NCBI GenBank assembly: GCA_963700985.1
Contig: OY969554.1
Coordinates: 2,003,303 to 2,067,302 of the forward strand
Origin: an uncultured Chlamydiales bacterium
GTDB lineage: Bacteria; Chlamydiota; Chlamydiia; Chlamydiales; Rhabdochlamydiaceae
Direction: 5' to 3'
Length of the DNA: 64,000 nt
Shown: piece by piece, positions 30,368 to 42,128 of the stretch
Layout of the letters: every line of letters begins with the position of its first letter
How positions within the stretch are numbered: position 1 is the first letter of the stretch
Notes under the pieces: model-generated
The model's database searches: none
Told to the model about the DNA's origin: nothing
What the model saw: the letters and a program-made list of their open reading frames with translations, nothing else
Position numbers and translations under genes: made by a program

Positions 30368-31576
30368 ATGAGAAGAATCTATCAGGAAATCATCCGCGAC
30401 CATCTTTCTAAGCTTAGGCAGATGGTTTTTTTAATGGGCCCGAGACAAGTCGGAAAAACGACTGTTAGTCTAGAGGTAGCGGGAGAATGGGCTCGGCATT
30501 TCTATTTCAACTGGGACAATTCGGCAGAACGGCTGCTCTTTTTAGAAGGAACTGAGGCGGTTGCCTTACAAGTTGGGCTAAAAGAGCTTGCACAAGAGAA
30601 GCCTGTTCTTATATTCGATGAGATCCATAAGTTCGGGAAATGGAAGAATTTCCTAAAAGGCTTTTTCGACAGATATGAGAAGTCAGTCAAAGTAATTGTT
30701 ACTGGAAGCGCACGCCTGAATGTCTATAAAAAGGGCGGAGATAGTTTAATGGGTCGATACTTCTATTATAGAATTCACCCTCTTTCAGTGGCTGAAATTG
30801 TCTCTCCTTATCTGATCGAGGAAGAGATTCGTAAAAATCCCAAGCCTATTTCCGATGAAGATTGGTTAGCTCTTCTAGAGCATGGGGGATTTCCAGAACC
30901 GTTTATCCAACGCTCAAAAAAATTTTCTCAACGTCTACAATCCATCCGCAAAGATCAACTATTTCGGGAAGATATTCGAGACGGCACTAGAATCCAAGAG
31001 TTAGCTCAGATTGAACTTCTCGCAGAACTTCTTAGAAAGCAAGCATCTCAGTCAATGGATTACCAATCTTTAGCTAAAAAAGTGGGTGTTTCTGGCGATA
31101 CTATTCGTCGCTGGATAGAAGTACTTAAATCCTTTTATTATTGCTTTTCAATTCAGCCGTGGTCGAAAAATATCAGCCGTTCACTATTAAAAGAGCCTAA
31201 ACTTTATCTGTGGGATTGGTCACTGATTGAAGATGAGGGACATCGTAACGAGAATCTCGTGGCGAGTCACCTTCTTAAAGCTATTCACTTCTGGATCGAT
31301 CGAGGATTGGGGGATTTTGGTCTCTACTATTTGCGCACCAAAGATAAGATTGAGACTGATTTTATAGTTACGAAAAATGGAAAGCCATGGTTTCTGGTCG
31401 AGGTTAAAACCAAAGTAACAGGGTTATCTTCAGCTCTCTATCATTTTCAAAAGGAAACTCAAGCTCCGCATGCCTTTCAGGTGACCTTCAATCTTCCCTT
31501 CGTTCAGAAGAACTGCTTTGAAGAGAAGGGTCCTATTCTCGTACCAGCACGGACTTTTCTATCCCAACTCGTTTAA
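30368..31576 (+). CDS. AAA_14 ATPase with C-terminal DUF4143 / PD-(D/E)xK-like domain
   Basis: GPRQVGKTT, FDEIH, VTGSA, SLMGR, GGFPE, PKLYLWD, ETDF...LVEVK. Confidence 0.9.
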   Translation: MRRIYQEIIRDHLSKLRQMVFLMGPRQVGKTTVSLEVAGEWARHFYFNWDNSAERLLFLEGTEAVALQVGLKELAQEKPVLIFDEIHKFGKWKNFLKGFFDRYEKSVKVIVTGSARLNVYKKGGDSLMGRYFYYRIHPLSVAEIVSPYLIEEEIRKNPKPISDEDWLALLEHGGFPEPFIQRSKKFSQRLQSIRKDQLFREDIRDGTRIQELAQIELLAELLRKQASQSMDYQSLAKKVGVSGDTIRRWIEVLKSFYYCFSIQPWSKNISRSLLKEPKLYLWDWSLIEDEGHRNENLVASHLLKAIHFWIDRGLGDFGLYYLRTKDKIETDFIVTKNGKPWFLVEVKTKVTGLSSALYHFQKETQAPHAFQVTFNLPFVQKNCFEEKGPILVPARTFLSQLV

Positions 31577-31594
31577 GCGATTCTGAATCCATAT

Positions 31595-32506
31595 CTAAAG
31601 ATCTAGCTTTAGGAAATTTTCTAATATGCGCCGTTTAGAGATGAACCACTGCCAGTGGTTTTTGCGCAGGCGTATAGGTTTAAAATTGGGGATCCATGAA
31701 GGGGGAGTAACCACAGTGCCCATAGTCCAACCGGGTCTCCATAGCCGCATGCGCTTAGGTTCATCGGCGATGGTGAGGGTAGGAAGCCCGAAATTCGAAG
31801 CGAGATGTCCCATGAGGGAGTCATTGCCAATCAAAGCTCCTGACTCATATGTGAAATGTGCCAGTGCACTTAATGTAGAAAATTCCGGAAGGGGAAATCC
31901 TAGCCTTTGCGCTGTTTGCCATGTGTCACGTTCTTGAGGACTAACAATAAAAACAGGCGTGTAGCCCTTTTTTTGTAACTCTTGAGCTAAGGCCAGATAC
32001 TTCTTTTTGCTCCAGTTTTTTTGCACGCAGCTGCTCATGGGGTGCAGGAGGATACGCTGGCTAAAACGACGAAGTATTAATCCTGAGAGCGCTTGTATTC
32101 CGTTGTCTTTTGAAGGTGCTTCTTTTTGTAGAAGCCTAGCTATGGCAATTGCCATATTTTCTGCAAATGGGATTTTCTCATCAAAGCACTGATCGAGAGA
32201 GGTGAGGGGGCCATGCTTTTTCAGGGAGTAACTCGGATAAAAGATGCTTAAGTTTTTGACCTGTTGCTTGAGCGATTCGATTTTTGAAGAGTTGTCATTT
32301 TCGACGATTATGAGATCCCAAGCTTCGAAAGAACGGGGAAGCTCACGAATAAAGGTATGCTGGGGAAACCAGTCTTGTAGCTCTACCAGAGCTGGGTGTG
32401 CCGTAGTTACCTGAAAGCCACTTTGACGCAAGCTTTCGGAGGCGATCATCATGAGTAAAGCATCGCCGATGCCACGCGCTGGAAGAACGAGTGCGGTTTT
32501 TTGCAT
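31595..32506 (-). CDS. Glycosyltransferase family 9 (heptosyltransferase-like)
   Basis: GIGDAL, LHP...KNW, IGNDS..GHLA...PT, WRP. Confidence 0.82.
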   Translation of the reverse strand: MQKTALVLPARGIGDALLMMIASESLRQSGFQVTTAHPALVELQDWFPQHTFIRELPRSFEAWDLIIVENDNSSKIESLKQQVKNLSIFYPSYSLKKHGPLTSLDQCFDEKIPFAENMAIAIARLLQKEAPSKDNGIQALSGLILRRFSQRILLHPMSSCVQKNWSKKKYLALAQELQKKGYTPVFIVSPQERDTWQTAQRLGFPLPEFSTLSALAHFTYESGALIGNDSLMGHLASNFGLPTLTIADEPKRMRLWRPGWTMGTVVTPPSWIPNFKPIRLRKNHWQWFISKRRILENFLKLDL

Positions 32507-32523
32507 CGGCGGATGTTGACTTC

Positions 32524-34158
<1,635 letters not shown>

Positions 34159-34243
34159 TTAGAAGTGGTAACTATAGGTTAAAAAAGGAAATTTAGCAAG
34201 CTGAGAGCTGTAAATTTAGCAAATGAGATAATCGTCTGCTAAA

Positions 34244-34966
34244 TCAAGGAGTTTTTATATCGCCTGGTTTGGGATATTTGCGTTTTTTGGGAGCTTTGAC
34301 TTCAGCTTGGCCGTTGATTAGCATGACAAATTCGCCGCGAGGTACGTTTTTGCCAAAATGCGCAATCAATTCGGGGGCAGTACCTTGCAGGCGCTGTTCG
34401 TGGATTTTAGTGAGTTCACGCACGAGCACAATGCTTCTGGCTGGGTCTAGCGCTTCTATGATGCGCAAAGTATGGACCACGCGATAGGGGCTTTCATAGC
34501 AGATGCTGGTGCCCCTATAGGCTAGACATTCACCTATGATGCGTTTAAGGACGCTCTTTTTTTTGGGCAGAAAACCGAGCATCTGGAATTGATCGGTTGC
34601 AAGTCCCGATATGGTTAACGCTACAACCGCAGCACATGCGCCGGGTATTGATGTAATTGGCAGGCCATTTTCTAGACAGCGTTTAACCAGAATCTCGCCA
34701 GGGTCAGAAATTGAAGGTGTGCCGGCATCTGTAATTAGGGCAATGTTAAGACCTGACTTAAGATCGGCGATGACTTCATCAGAGCGTCTTTTTTCATTGA
34801 ACTGATGATAGCTTTTTAATGGCTTCTGAATTTGATGATGCGCAAGAAGTCTTTGACTGTGACGTGTGTCTTCGCACAAAATGTAATCGCATAAGCGCAG
34901 TGTATCTAGTGCACGCAGGGTGATATCTGCAAGATTGCCAATAGGTGTTGCGATGAGATATAACAA
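34244..34966 (-). CDS. rsmI: 16S rRNA C1402 2'-O-methyltransferase
   Basis: LYLIATPIGNLADIT, CEDTR, DAGTPSISDPG, YESPYR, RELTKIHE; start set at TTG 34966 because the longer ORF runs through tRNA-Cys. Confidence 0.94.
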   Translation of the reverse strand: MLYLIATPIGNLADITLRALDTLRLCDYILCEDTRHSQRLLAHHQIQKPLKSYHQFNEKRRSDEVIADLKSGLNIALITDAGTPSISDPGEILVKRCLENGLPITSIPGACAAVVALTISGLATDQFQMLGFLPKKKSVLKRIIGECLAYRGTSICYESPYRVVHTLRIIEALDPARSIVLVRELTKIHEQRLQGTAPELIAHFGKNVPRGEFVMLINGQAEVKAPKKRKYPKPGDIKTP

Positions 34967-34992
34967 AAGCTTTGTAGAACGTTGTAAGGTAA

Positions 34993-35064
34993 AGGTGGCA
35001 CCCAGGGTTGAACTGGGGTATGGGAGCTTTGCAGGCTCCTGCCTTACCACTTGGCTATGCCACC
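34993..35064 (-). tRNA. tRNA-Cys (GCA)
   Basis: Reverse complement GGTGGCATAGCCAAGTGGTAAGGCAGGAGCCTGCAAAGCTCCCATACCCCAGTTCAACCCTGGGTGCCACCT; anticodon GCA, U73, CCA not encoded. Confidence 0.95.
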
Positions 35065-35133
35065 CAAAAGATATCAAAAAGATAAAATTATGCGAGATCT
35101 GCCTAATGCGGTCAAGGATCTAAAAAGGATTAT

Positions 35134-36477
35134 ATGAAAGAAAGACCTTTAGCCTGGTTTGCCCAAACGCTGGAAATTCCTGGCACTTATAATAAGATAG
35201 TCAAGGGAGCCGAGATCGATAGTCGGAAAGTTCAACCCGGCCAACTTTTTTTTGCGCTTCGAGGAAAAAAATTTGATGGGCATGCCTTTTTAAGGGATGT
35301 GGCAGATCGTGGTGCGGTGGCCGCTGTAGTCGCAAAAGACTATAATGGAGAGAACTTTGGTCTTCAGTTGTTTAAGGTTGAATGCCCCACAATTGCGCTT
35401 CAAACTTTAGCTAAGAGAGAACGGGAAGAGCGCAAGATTCGGGTCATTGCTGTCACGGGCTCGGTTGGGAAAACCACCACTAAAGAATTTCTTGCAGATC
35501 TTTTGCAGGTCAAATTTCGTACTGCCAAGACACCCGGCAATTCTAATTCGCAAGTCAGTATCCCTTTAAGTATTTTGAATTCTCATGGTGACGAAGAGCT
35601 CTTTGTAATGGAGATGGGCATGAGTGAACCCAATGAGATCGAAAAACTCGTAGAGATTGCGCCCCCTTATCTTGGCTTGATCACACGTGTTGGTCTGGCT
35701 CATGTGGGTGCTTTTACAGATGGGATTGAAGGTGTAGCTCGAGCTAAAGCGCAAATTTTCGCGCATCCGCAAACGCGTTATGGTGTGTATAACGCCGCAT
35801 GTGCAGATTTCTCTGCCGTCACGCAAACGGGAACGTGTGAAAAATTGAGCTTCGCCTATGAGAAGCTCTGTGAGAGACCTGCTGATTATCTGCTTAGCTG
35901 GTCCGGGTCAGCTTTTGTGGCTGAGGAGAAAACCATGCGATCGCCCTCCTTCACTTTGCCATTTCATGCGACTCATCTATGTGAAGATTTTATGGCGGCA
36001 GCTGCAGCGGCTAGGATTTTGGGCGTCAGTTGGGATGAGATCATAAGCCAAGCTGCTAAGCTTACCGTTTATAAAGCGCGGTTTGAGCAGATTGAGAAAG
36101 ATGGAATTCTCTTTATCAATGACGCATATAATGCTAATCCTACTTCAATGCGTGCGGCTTTTGCTAACCTCCCTAAACCCGAGAAAGGGGGAAGGCGCAT
36201 TGGTGTGATTGGTACGATGGTGGAGCTTGGCTCAAATTCGGAGCTTTATCATCGAGAGATTGGTCAAGAAGCGCTAGCGCATTTCGACCATCTTCTTTGT
36301 ATTGGTAAGGAGTGTTTGCCGATGATTGAAATCTTTGCAAAGCAGGGCCGATCGGCAGAACATTTTGCTGATCTAGCTAGTTTGCAAGAGCGATTAACCA
36401 GCTTGGCCCAGCCCAAAGATGTGGTGCTGATTAAAGGCTCAAACTCAGTAAAGTTATGGCAGATTTTGGAAAGATAG
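35134..36477 (+). CDS. murF: UDP-MurNAc-tripeptide:D-Ala-D-Ala ligase
   Basis: IDSR, DGH, VTGSVGKTTTKE, EMGMS, DAYNANP, KGS. Confidence 0.95.
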   Translation: MKERPLAWFAQTLEIPGTYNKIVKGAEIDSRKVQPGQLFFALRGKKFDGHAFLRDVADRGAVAAVVAKDYNGENFGLQLFKVECPTIALQTLAKREREERKIRVIAVTGSVGKTTTKEFLADLLQVKFRTAKTPGNSNSQVSIPLSILNSHGDEELFVMEMGMSEPNEIEKLVEIAPPYLGLITRVGLAHVGAFTDGIEGVARAKAQIFAHPQTRYGVYNAACADFSAVTQTGTCEKLSFAYEKLCERPADYLLSWSGSAFVAEEKTMRSPSFTLPFHATHLCEDFMAAAAAARILGVSWDEIISQAAKLTVYKARFEQIEKDGILFINDAYNANPTSMRAAFANLPKPEKGGRRIGVIGTMVELGSNSELYHREIGQEALAHFDHLLCIGKECLPMIEIFAKQGRSAEHFADLASLQERLTSLAQPKDVVLIKGSNSVKLWQILER

Positions 36478-36533
36478 CTATTTTTTCGGCAAGTTTGTAA
36501 GATCTCGATTGGTTTTTTCTTCAGGATCTATTT

Positions 36534-37769
36534 GTGCTGCTTTTTCTTATAGAGTTTTTCAATAGCGCGTTCGGGATGAAAATCCCAGCGGTGTTCTCTT
36601 ATGCGTCCACTCGGATGATGCTGGCTGCTATCACCGCGCTTCTATTTACCATTCTTCTTGGGCCTCGCTTTATTCATCGACTCTATTCCCTAAAGACAGG
36701 GCAATCGATCCGTGTTGAGGATTGTCCGATGCTGGCAGAGCTTCATCAGAAAAAGAAGGATACGCCGACGATGGGGGGGATTCTCATCCTTTCTGCTATG
36801 CTGCTCTCGATGTTCCTCTGGATGGATCTACGTAGCTCATTTACTCTGCTCTTTTTTATCACGACCATCTGGCTGGGATTAATCGGCGGATATGATGACT
36901 ATCTCAAGCTAAAGTATAAAAATTCCAAAGGTCTAGCCAGCAAAAAGAAACTCCTTTTCCAAATTATTCTTGCAGCGCTTATTGGCCTTTATACGCTTTG
37001 TCCTACGGTTTCAAATGCAGTGCATGTCGGCAAATGGTTTGCTCCACCCACAGCCAAAGAGTTAGTGCGCATGCCCGCTAAAGAAGCTGAAAATGTGAAG
37101 AGTGAAATAAAAACAGTCACGCTTTCTACACAGCAGTATATGGGTTATTATTTTGCCCCATTTGTGAAAGATCCGATCTTTCTCTTAAAAGGTGGCTTAC
37201 TAGCTCTAGCCTTCTTCTTTACGTTGATTGTGATCACAGGCTCTTCTAATGCCGTCAATTTGACAGATGGCCTCGACGGTCTTGCGGCAGGCTGTCTGAT
37301 GATGACCTCTTTTGTGCTCGGCATCTTTGCCTTTCTTTCAAATAACAGCGAAATGGCGCGCTACCTCAACATTCTCTATATCGAAAATGGAGGCGAGATC
37401 GCTATTTATCTCTGTGCCATGGCAGGTGCTTGCCTCGGCTTTCTTTGGTATAATGGCTATCCAGCACAGATTTTTATGGGTGATACTGGCTCACTTTCTC
37501 TCGGTGGTATTATTGGCCTTTCAGCCATATTACTGCGCCGTGAACTGCTGCTTGCTGTGGTAGGCGGGATATTTGTAGCCGAAGCTGTTTCTGTCATTCT
37601 CCAAGTCGCAAGTTATAAACTACGCAATCGCAAACGCATCTTCCTCTGCTCACCGCTGCACCACCATTTTGAATATAAAGGGTGGCCTGAAACAAAAGTG
37701 GTGCTCAGATTTTGGATTGTCAGTCTTCTGCTGGCAATCATCGGAATGATATCTCTCAAATTCCAGTGA
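36534..37769 (+). CDS. mraY: Phospho-N-acetylmuramoyl-pentapeptide transferase
   Basis: TPTMGG, YDDYLK, NAVNLTDGLDGL, FMGDTGS, PLHHHFE. Confidence 0.97.
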   Translation: MLLFLIEFFNSAFGMKIPAVFSYASTRMMLAAITALLFTILLGPRFIHRLYSLKTGQSIRVEDCPMLAELHQKKKDTPTMGGILILSAMLLSMFLWMDLRSSFTLLFFITTIWLGLIGGYDDYLKLKYKNSKGLASKKKLLFQIILAALIGLYTLCPTVSNAVHVGKWFAPPTAKELVRMPAKEAENVKSEIKTVTLSTQQYMGYYFAPFVKDPIFLLKGGLLALAFFFTLIVITGSSNAVNLTDGLDGLAAGCLMMTSFVLGIFAFLSNNSEMARYLNILYIENGGEIAIYLCAMAGACLGFLWYNGYPAQIFMGDTGSLSLGGIIGLSAILLRRELLLAVVGGIFVAEAVSVILQVASYKLRNRKRIFLCSPLHHHFEYKGWPETKVVLRFWIVSLLLAIIGMISLKFQ

Positions 37770-37776
37770 TAATACC

Positions 37777-39108
37777 ATGAAAAAAGCGCTTATCCTCGGT
37801 CTTGGCATTAGCGGAAGAGCTGCGGTAGAGTTTCTGCTCAAACACGGCTATAAGGTTGTGGCAGTTGAGAGAAATGCTGAGCTTGTGAAAACACATCCTG
37901 AGGTACAAAGACTTATAAAAATGGGCTTAACTGCCTACAGCGAACCCGTTGAGATTGAGCTTGCAGACATCGATCTGCTCGTGCCATCTCCTGGCGTGCC
38001 TCAAAATCACCCTCTATATGAAGCTGCTCTCAAAAGTGGCATAGAAATAATCGGCGAAGCGGAGTTGGCTTTTAGGTACATGCAGCAAAAAGCTGTGGCT
38101 ATCACTGGCACGAATGGTAAGACGACAGTTACTCTACTTGTTGAACATATTCTGAATGCCAGCGGACATAAAGCTAAAGCTCTCGGTAATGTCGGCCAGC
38201 CTTTAACTGCCTATTTTCTGAATCCAGATCCCGATGAGATCGTCGTAGCCGAGCTAAGTTCCTATCAGCTGGAAACGATGAGCACGCCAGTATTTGAAGC
38301 AGCAGTGCTCTTGAACATTACGCCGGATCATCTCGATCGCTACCCCAATATGCTCGAATATGCGCGAGCCAAATGCCGGTTAGAGTTTTGCCTTAAACAC
38401 GATGCACCTTTTTTCATTTATGCGCAGGCGGCAAATGAGTACGGTCAATTTTTAAATAAAGATTTTTTTACTTTTGGACTAACACCTGCTTCTCATTTCT
38501 GGACCGACCGAGTGAAAAGCTATAATCGAGACAAGGTTGAATACATATTGCCTGTCGGCTATAGAGAAATGGGGAACCACGAAAGCGAGAACGTTTTAGC
38601 TGCTTGGCTGCTGGTGCGCAAGTTTGGGGTTACTGCAGAGCAATTTATCTCCGCAGTAGAGAGCTTTCAAAAGCCGCCACATCGCATTGAGTTTGTAACA
38701 GCAATCGAGGGAATTTCGTTTTTTGATGATAGCAAGGGGACTAACCTCGATGCAGTCATCCAAGCGGTGAGGACTATGCAAGGACCGGTGATCTTGATCG
38801 CTGGAGGGGTGGATAAAGGAGCCTCTTATAAGCCATGGATCGCAGCTTTTGAGAAGCGTGTGAAAAAAATTGTGGCGCTAGGTCAAGCTGCACCCAAGAT
38901 TCAAGAAGAGTTAGGAAAAGCCATAGAGGTAGAAATGGTGGAGTCGATGCAAGATGCTGTCTCTCAAGCTCGCAAGTGGGCCGTAAGAGGGGATATGGTG
39001 CTTCTTTCTCCGGGCTGTTCCAGTTTTGATATGTTTCGCGATTATGCCCACAGGGGCGAAGAATTTAAACGATGCATCAACGATTTAGAAGAGAAGAGAG
39101 GAAAATAA
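37777..39108 (+). CDS. murD: UDP-MurNAc-L-Ala:D-Glu ligase
   Basis: GLGISG, SPGVP, TGTNGKTT, ELSSYQL, DHLDRY, DDSKGTN, LSPGCSSFD. Confidence 0.96.
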   Translation: MKKALILGLGISGRAAVEFLLKHGYKVVAVERNAELVKTHPEVQRLIKMGLTAYSEPVEIELADIDLLVPSPGVPQNHPLYEAALKSGIEIIGEAELAFRYMQQKAVAITGTNGKTTVTLLVEHILNASGHKAKALGNVGQPLTAYFLNPDPDEIVVAELSSYQLETMSTPVFEAAVLLNITPDHLDRYPNMLEYARAKCRLEFCLKHDAPFFIYAQAANEYGQFLNKDFFTFGLTPASHFWTDRVKSYNRDKVEYILPVGYREMGNHESENVLAAWLLVRKFGVTAEQFISAVESFQKPPHRIEFVTAIEGISFFDDSKGTNLDAVIQAVRTMQGPVILIAGGVDKGASYKPWIAAFEKRVKKIVALGQAAPKIQEELGKAIEVEMVESMQDAVSQARKWAVRGDMVLLSPGCSSFDMFRDYAHRGEEFKRCINDLEEKRGK

Positions 39109-39109
39109 C

Positions 39110-39898
39110 ATGAGCCGTAGAGATCTCATCATCATCGCCGTGCTTGTCAATGCCGGCTTAATGACAATTTTTTTTGTAAGTGCGCTTAAGTCAGATAGTG
39201 CAGATGAAGGAACTTTTGCTTCCAATTCAAACCAAACTTCGAGCTTTTCGGATGTGAAAATGGCCACGGCTGCTGCACCTTCAGATGAGATCGATCAGGT
39301 TTTGCGAGAGCATAGCACAGGAGCTATGACAGCACCTGTAGCTACACTTGCGCCTGCTGCTTCATCCTCAGCTCCCTCAGCAACATCCTCCATTATGCCA
39401 ACTTCTCCACCATTATCCAATTCAGCTTCGGCTCCAAGCTTTGCTGACGACCTTAAAGCGATTTCTATGTCAGAAAGCGCTCCTGCTGTGGGCTTTTCCA
39501 CATCTGCGCCTGAGGTAGCTGAAAAACCGAGCCGCTCTTTTACCGAAGTCCACGTCAAAAAAGGGGATGTATTAGAGAAGATTGCTCGTCAACATGGTGT
39601 GAGCGTGGATGAGATCATGAAAGCCAACCAGCTCGCTTCTACACGCTTGAAAATTGGCCAAGCTTTAAAAATTCCAGCTAAAGCCCCAAAAAGCGAAAAA
39701 GCACCTTCAGCACTTGCAAGTGCAGCTGCTAGTAAGGGAGATGCTTCTGCACAGTACTACACGGTAAAAAATGGCGATAATCCTTGGACAATCGCTGTGA
39801 AGAACCACATAAAAGTAGAAGAGCTCCTAAAACTTAACGGACTTAACGAAGAGAAAGCGCGTAGCCTGAAACCTGGCGATAAATTGCGTATTCGTTAG
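39110..39898 (+). CDS. LysM-domain protein (chlamydial NlpD-like)
   Basis: N-terminal TM, low-complexity linker, two LysM repeats (VKKGDVLEKIA, VKNGDNPWTIA). Confidence 0.9.
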   Translation: MSRRDLIIIAVLVNAGLMTIFFVSALKSDSADEGTFASNSNQTSSFSDVKMATAAAPSDEIDQVLREHSTGAMTAPVATLAPAASSSAPSATSSIMPTSPPLSNSASAPSFADDLKAISMSESAPAVGFSTSAPEVAEKPSRSFTEVHVKKGDVLEKIARQHGVSVDEIMKANQLASTRLKIGQALKIPAKAPKSEKAPSALASAAASKGDASAQYYTVKNGDNPWTIAVKNHIKVEELLKLNGLNEEKARSLKPGDKLRIR

Positions 39899-39906
39899 AA
39901 AAAAAC

Positions 39907-41013
39907 ATGAATCGTGCTTGCCTAACCCTTATTTCTTGTGTCCTGTTGCTGTTTGCAATGGGACTCGTGATGGTCTTTAATACCACCTCAGCGGAGGTGC
40001 TTGATCGCGGGTTAGATCGAAGCACGAGTTATGCGTTAATCAAACAGCTCTGCTATTCCGGAGTAGGACTCTTGGGCGCCATATTAGTTTGGAAGATGGG
40101 CTATCAGCAGCTGTTAAAATGGAGCGGTCCATTACTTCTAATTGGCTGCGCGCTGCTCCTGCTTGTATTTGTTCCGGGCATAGGCCAGCAGATCAATGGT
40201 GCGAATCGTTGGATTAATCTTTTTGGCCTCTCTTTTCAGCCATCTGAGCTGGTAAAGTATATCATTCCTCTTTATGCGATCTCGGTCTTTGCAGCATCGA
40301 AAGAAGCTTTAACCTTAAAGCAGTTTCTCTTTTTGCTGGGCAAGATTGCAATTCCCACAGCCCTCATCTTGATCGAGCCGGATAATGGTACGGTTTTTAT
40401 TGTGATCATGACCCTGATCACTTTGTTTATATTGACGCGGCTTAAATTAATCTATTGGGCGCTTCCTCTTTTTGTGCTAGCGCTTACTGGTGCAATAGCC
40501 GCTTCGCAGATGAGTCACGTGCCTGATCGAATCCGTGTCTATCTTCATCCTGAGCTAGACTTAAAAGGCAAAGGTCACCAGCCTCACCAGGCTAAGATCG
40601 CTGCGGGTTCAGGACGTGTGCTTGGCCGGGGATTAGGAGAGAGTCTGCAAAAATTGGATTATTTACCTGAAGCGCGCAGCGATTATATCGCAGCCATTTT
40701 TGCTGAAGAGTTCGGTTTTGTGGGAATGATCACGCTTATTTTACTCTACATGGTTATCGGCTGTTTAGGCTTTTACATCGCAGCAAGTGCCGGGGATGTG
40801 CGTGGATATTACCTAGCGGCCGTGCTTACCTTTTTATTCTGTTTTCAGGCCTTTTTGAATTTGGGAGTTGTCTCAGGGCTTTTACCTAGCAAAGGGACTA
40901 ACCTTCCCTTTTTTAGTCACGGCGGCTCCTCTCTTTTAGCTAACTTTCTCGCATTATCTTTATTATTAAACGTCTCTATTCACTCTAAGAGAAAAAATGC
41001 AGTTCCAATCTAA
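39907..41013 (+). CDS. ftsW: SEDS family peptidoglycan polymerase FtsW
   Basis: NGANRW, QPSE, EPD, LPEARSDY, EEFG, LPFFSHGGSS. Confidence 0.94.
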   Translation: MNRACLTLISCVLLLFAMGLVMVFNTTSAEVLDRGLDRSTSYALIKQLCYSGVGLLGAILVWKMGYQQLLKWSGPLLLIGCALLLLVFVPGIGQQINGANRWINLFGLSFQPSELVKYIIPLYAISVFAASKEALTLKQFLFLLGKIAIPTALILIEPDNGTVFIVIMTLITLFILTRLKLIYWALPLFVLALTGAIAASQMSHVPDRIRVYLHPELDLKGKGHQPHQAKIAAGSGRVLGRGLGESLQKLDYLPEARSDYIAAIFAEEFGFVGMITLILLYMVIGCLGFYIAASAGDVRGYYLAAVLTFLFCFQAFLNLGVVSGLLPSKGTNLPFFSHGGSSLLANFLALSLLLNVSIHSKRKNAVPI

Positions 41014-42127
41014 ATCCAAGCTCAAATCTCAACCCAAACTTCTAATCGCAGCAGGCGGGACTGGTGGTCATCTCTATCCAGCCCAAGCACTGGCCAGCGA
41101 ACTGCTGCAGAAAAGCTCAGATTTAGCTCTGCTTTTTGCAGGTGCTGGTTTTTCGACTAATCGCTATTTTCATAAAGAACACTTTGCTTTTGAAGATGTC
41201 GCAAGTGGTACACCCTTTCGTGGCAATATTTTTAAAGCTGTTTTTCGTATTTTTAGGGGAGTCAAGCGCAGCCTGCGCCTAATCGATGCTTTTAAGCCCA
41301 CTTTAGTGGTCGGTTTTGGAAGTTATCATAGTTTTCCCTTGTTAGTTGCAGCTGTTCTTAAACGTATTCCTATCGTGCTTTTTGAATCGAATGCGGCTCC
41401 CGGAAAGGTCAATCGTCTTTTTTCTCGCTGGGCAGCCATCACCGCAGTGCATTTTGAGCATGCGAGCGAAAAACTTTCCGGAAAAACCCTAGAAGTGGCC
41501 ATGCCTCTTGGAGAACATAAGCCCATTTTAGAACTCAATCGTGAGAAAGCGCGCGAGTTTTTCGGGTTAAAGCCAGAGTGTTTTACGATTCTGGTTTTTG
41601 GCGGCTCTCAAGGGGCGTTATCGATTAATAAAATCTTCTGCCAAGTAGCCAATCAACTCTTCCTGAATTTTCCCGATTTTCAAGTGATTCATCTGACCGG
41701 CCACCATAAAGACACGCAAGAAGTGCACCGCGCTTATAGCTTGCTAAACATTCCGGTTTGTATCAAAGAGTTTGAAGAGAACATGGTCTATGCCTGGAAA
41801 GCTGCCGATCTAACCATCTGTCGCTCGGGTGCGGCCACACTTGCCGAGCTTCTGGCTCACGAGGTTCCCTCTATTCTCATTCCCTATCCTTATGCCGCTG
41901 ATGATCACCAGCGTAAAAACGCTCAAATCATGCAAAGCGAAGTCCGAGGATCACGTATGCTGCTCGAGGCAGAACTATCAGCTGAACGTCTTTACGGACT
42001 ATTGCACGAACTCATCTCGCACGATCAGTGGGCGTTAAAAGAGATGCAAAAATCGATAAGTCAATATAAAGTTCGTGGGAAAAAAGGCGAACTCTCGCAG
42101 ATTGTAAGCGAGATATTAAATAGGTAA
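40997..42127 (+). CDS. murG: Lipid II GlcNAc transferase
   Basis: GGTGGH, FGGSQG, RSGAAT..E, HQ..NA. Confidence 0.96.
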   Translation: MQFQSKSKLKSQPKLLIAAGGTGGHLYPAQALASELLQKSSDLALLFAGAGFSTNRYFHKEHFAFEDVASGTPFRGNIFKAVFRIFRGVKRSLRLIDAFKPTLVVGFGSYHSFPLLVAAVLKRIPIVLFESNAAPGKVNRLFSRWAAITAVHFEHASEKLSGKTLEVAMPLGEHKPILELNREKAREFFGLKPECFTILVFGGSQGALSINKIFCQVANQLFLNFPDFQVIHLTGHHKDTQEVHRAYSLLNIPVCIKEFEENMVYAWKAADLTICRSGAATLAELLAHEVPSILIPYPYAADDHQRKNAQIMQSEVRGSRMLLEAELSAERLYGLLHELISHDQWALKEMQKSISQYKVRGKKGELSQIVSEILNR

Positions 42128-42128
42128 A

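Noticed and set aside
34967-35077. N-terminal extension of RsmI in the ORF track
   Set aside because: Overlaps tRNA-Cys; RsmI homology starts at LYLIATPIGN
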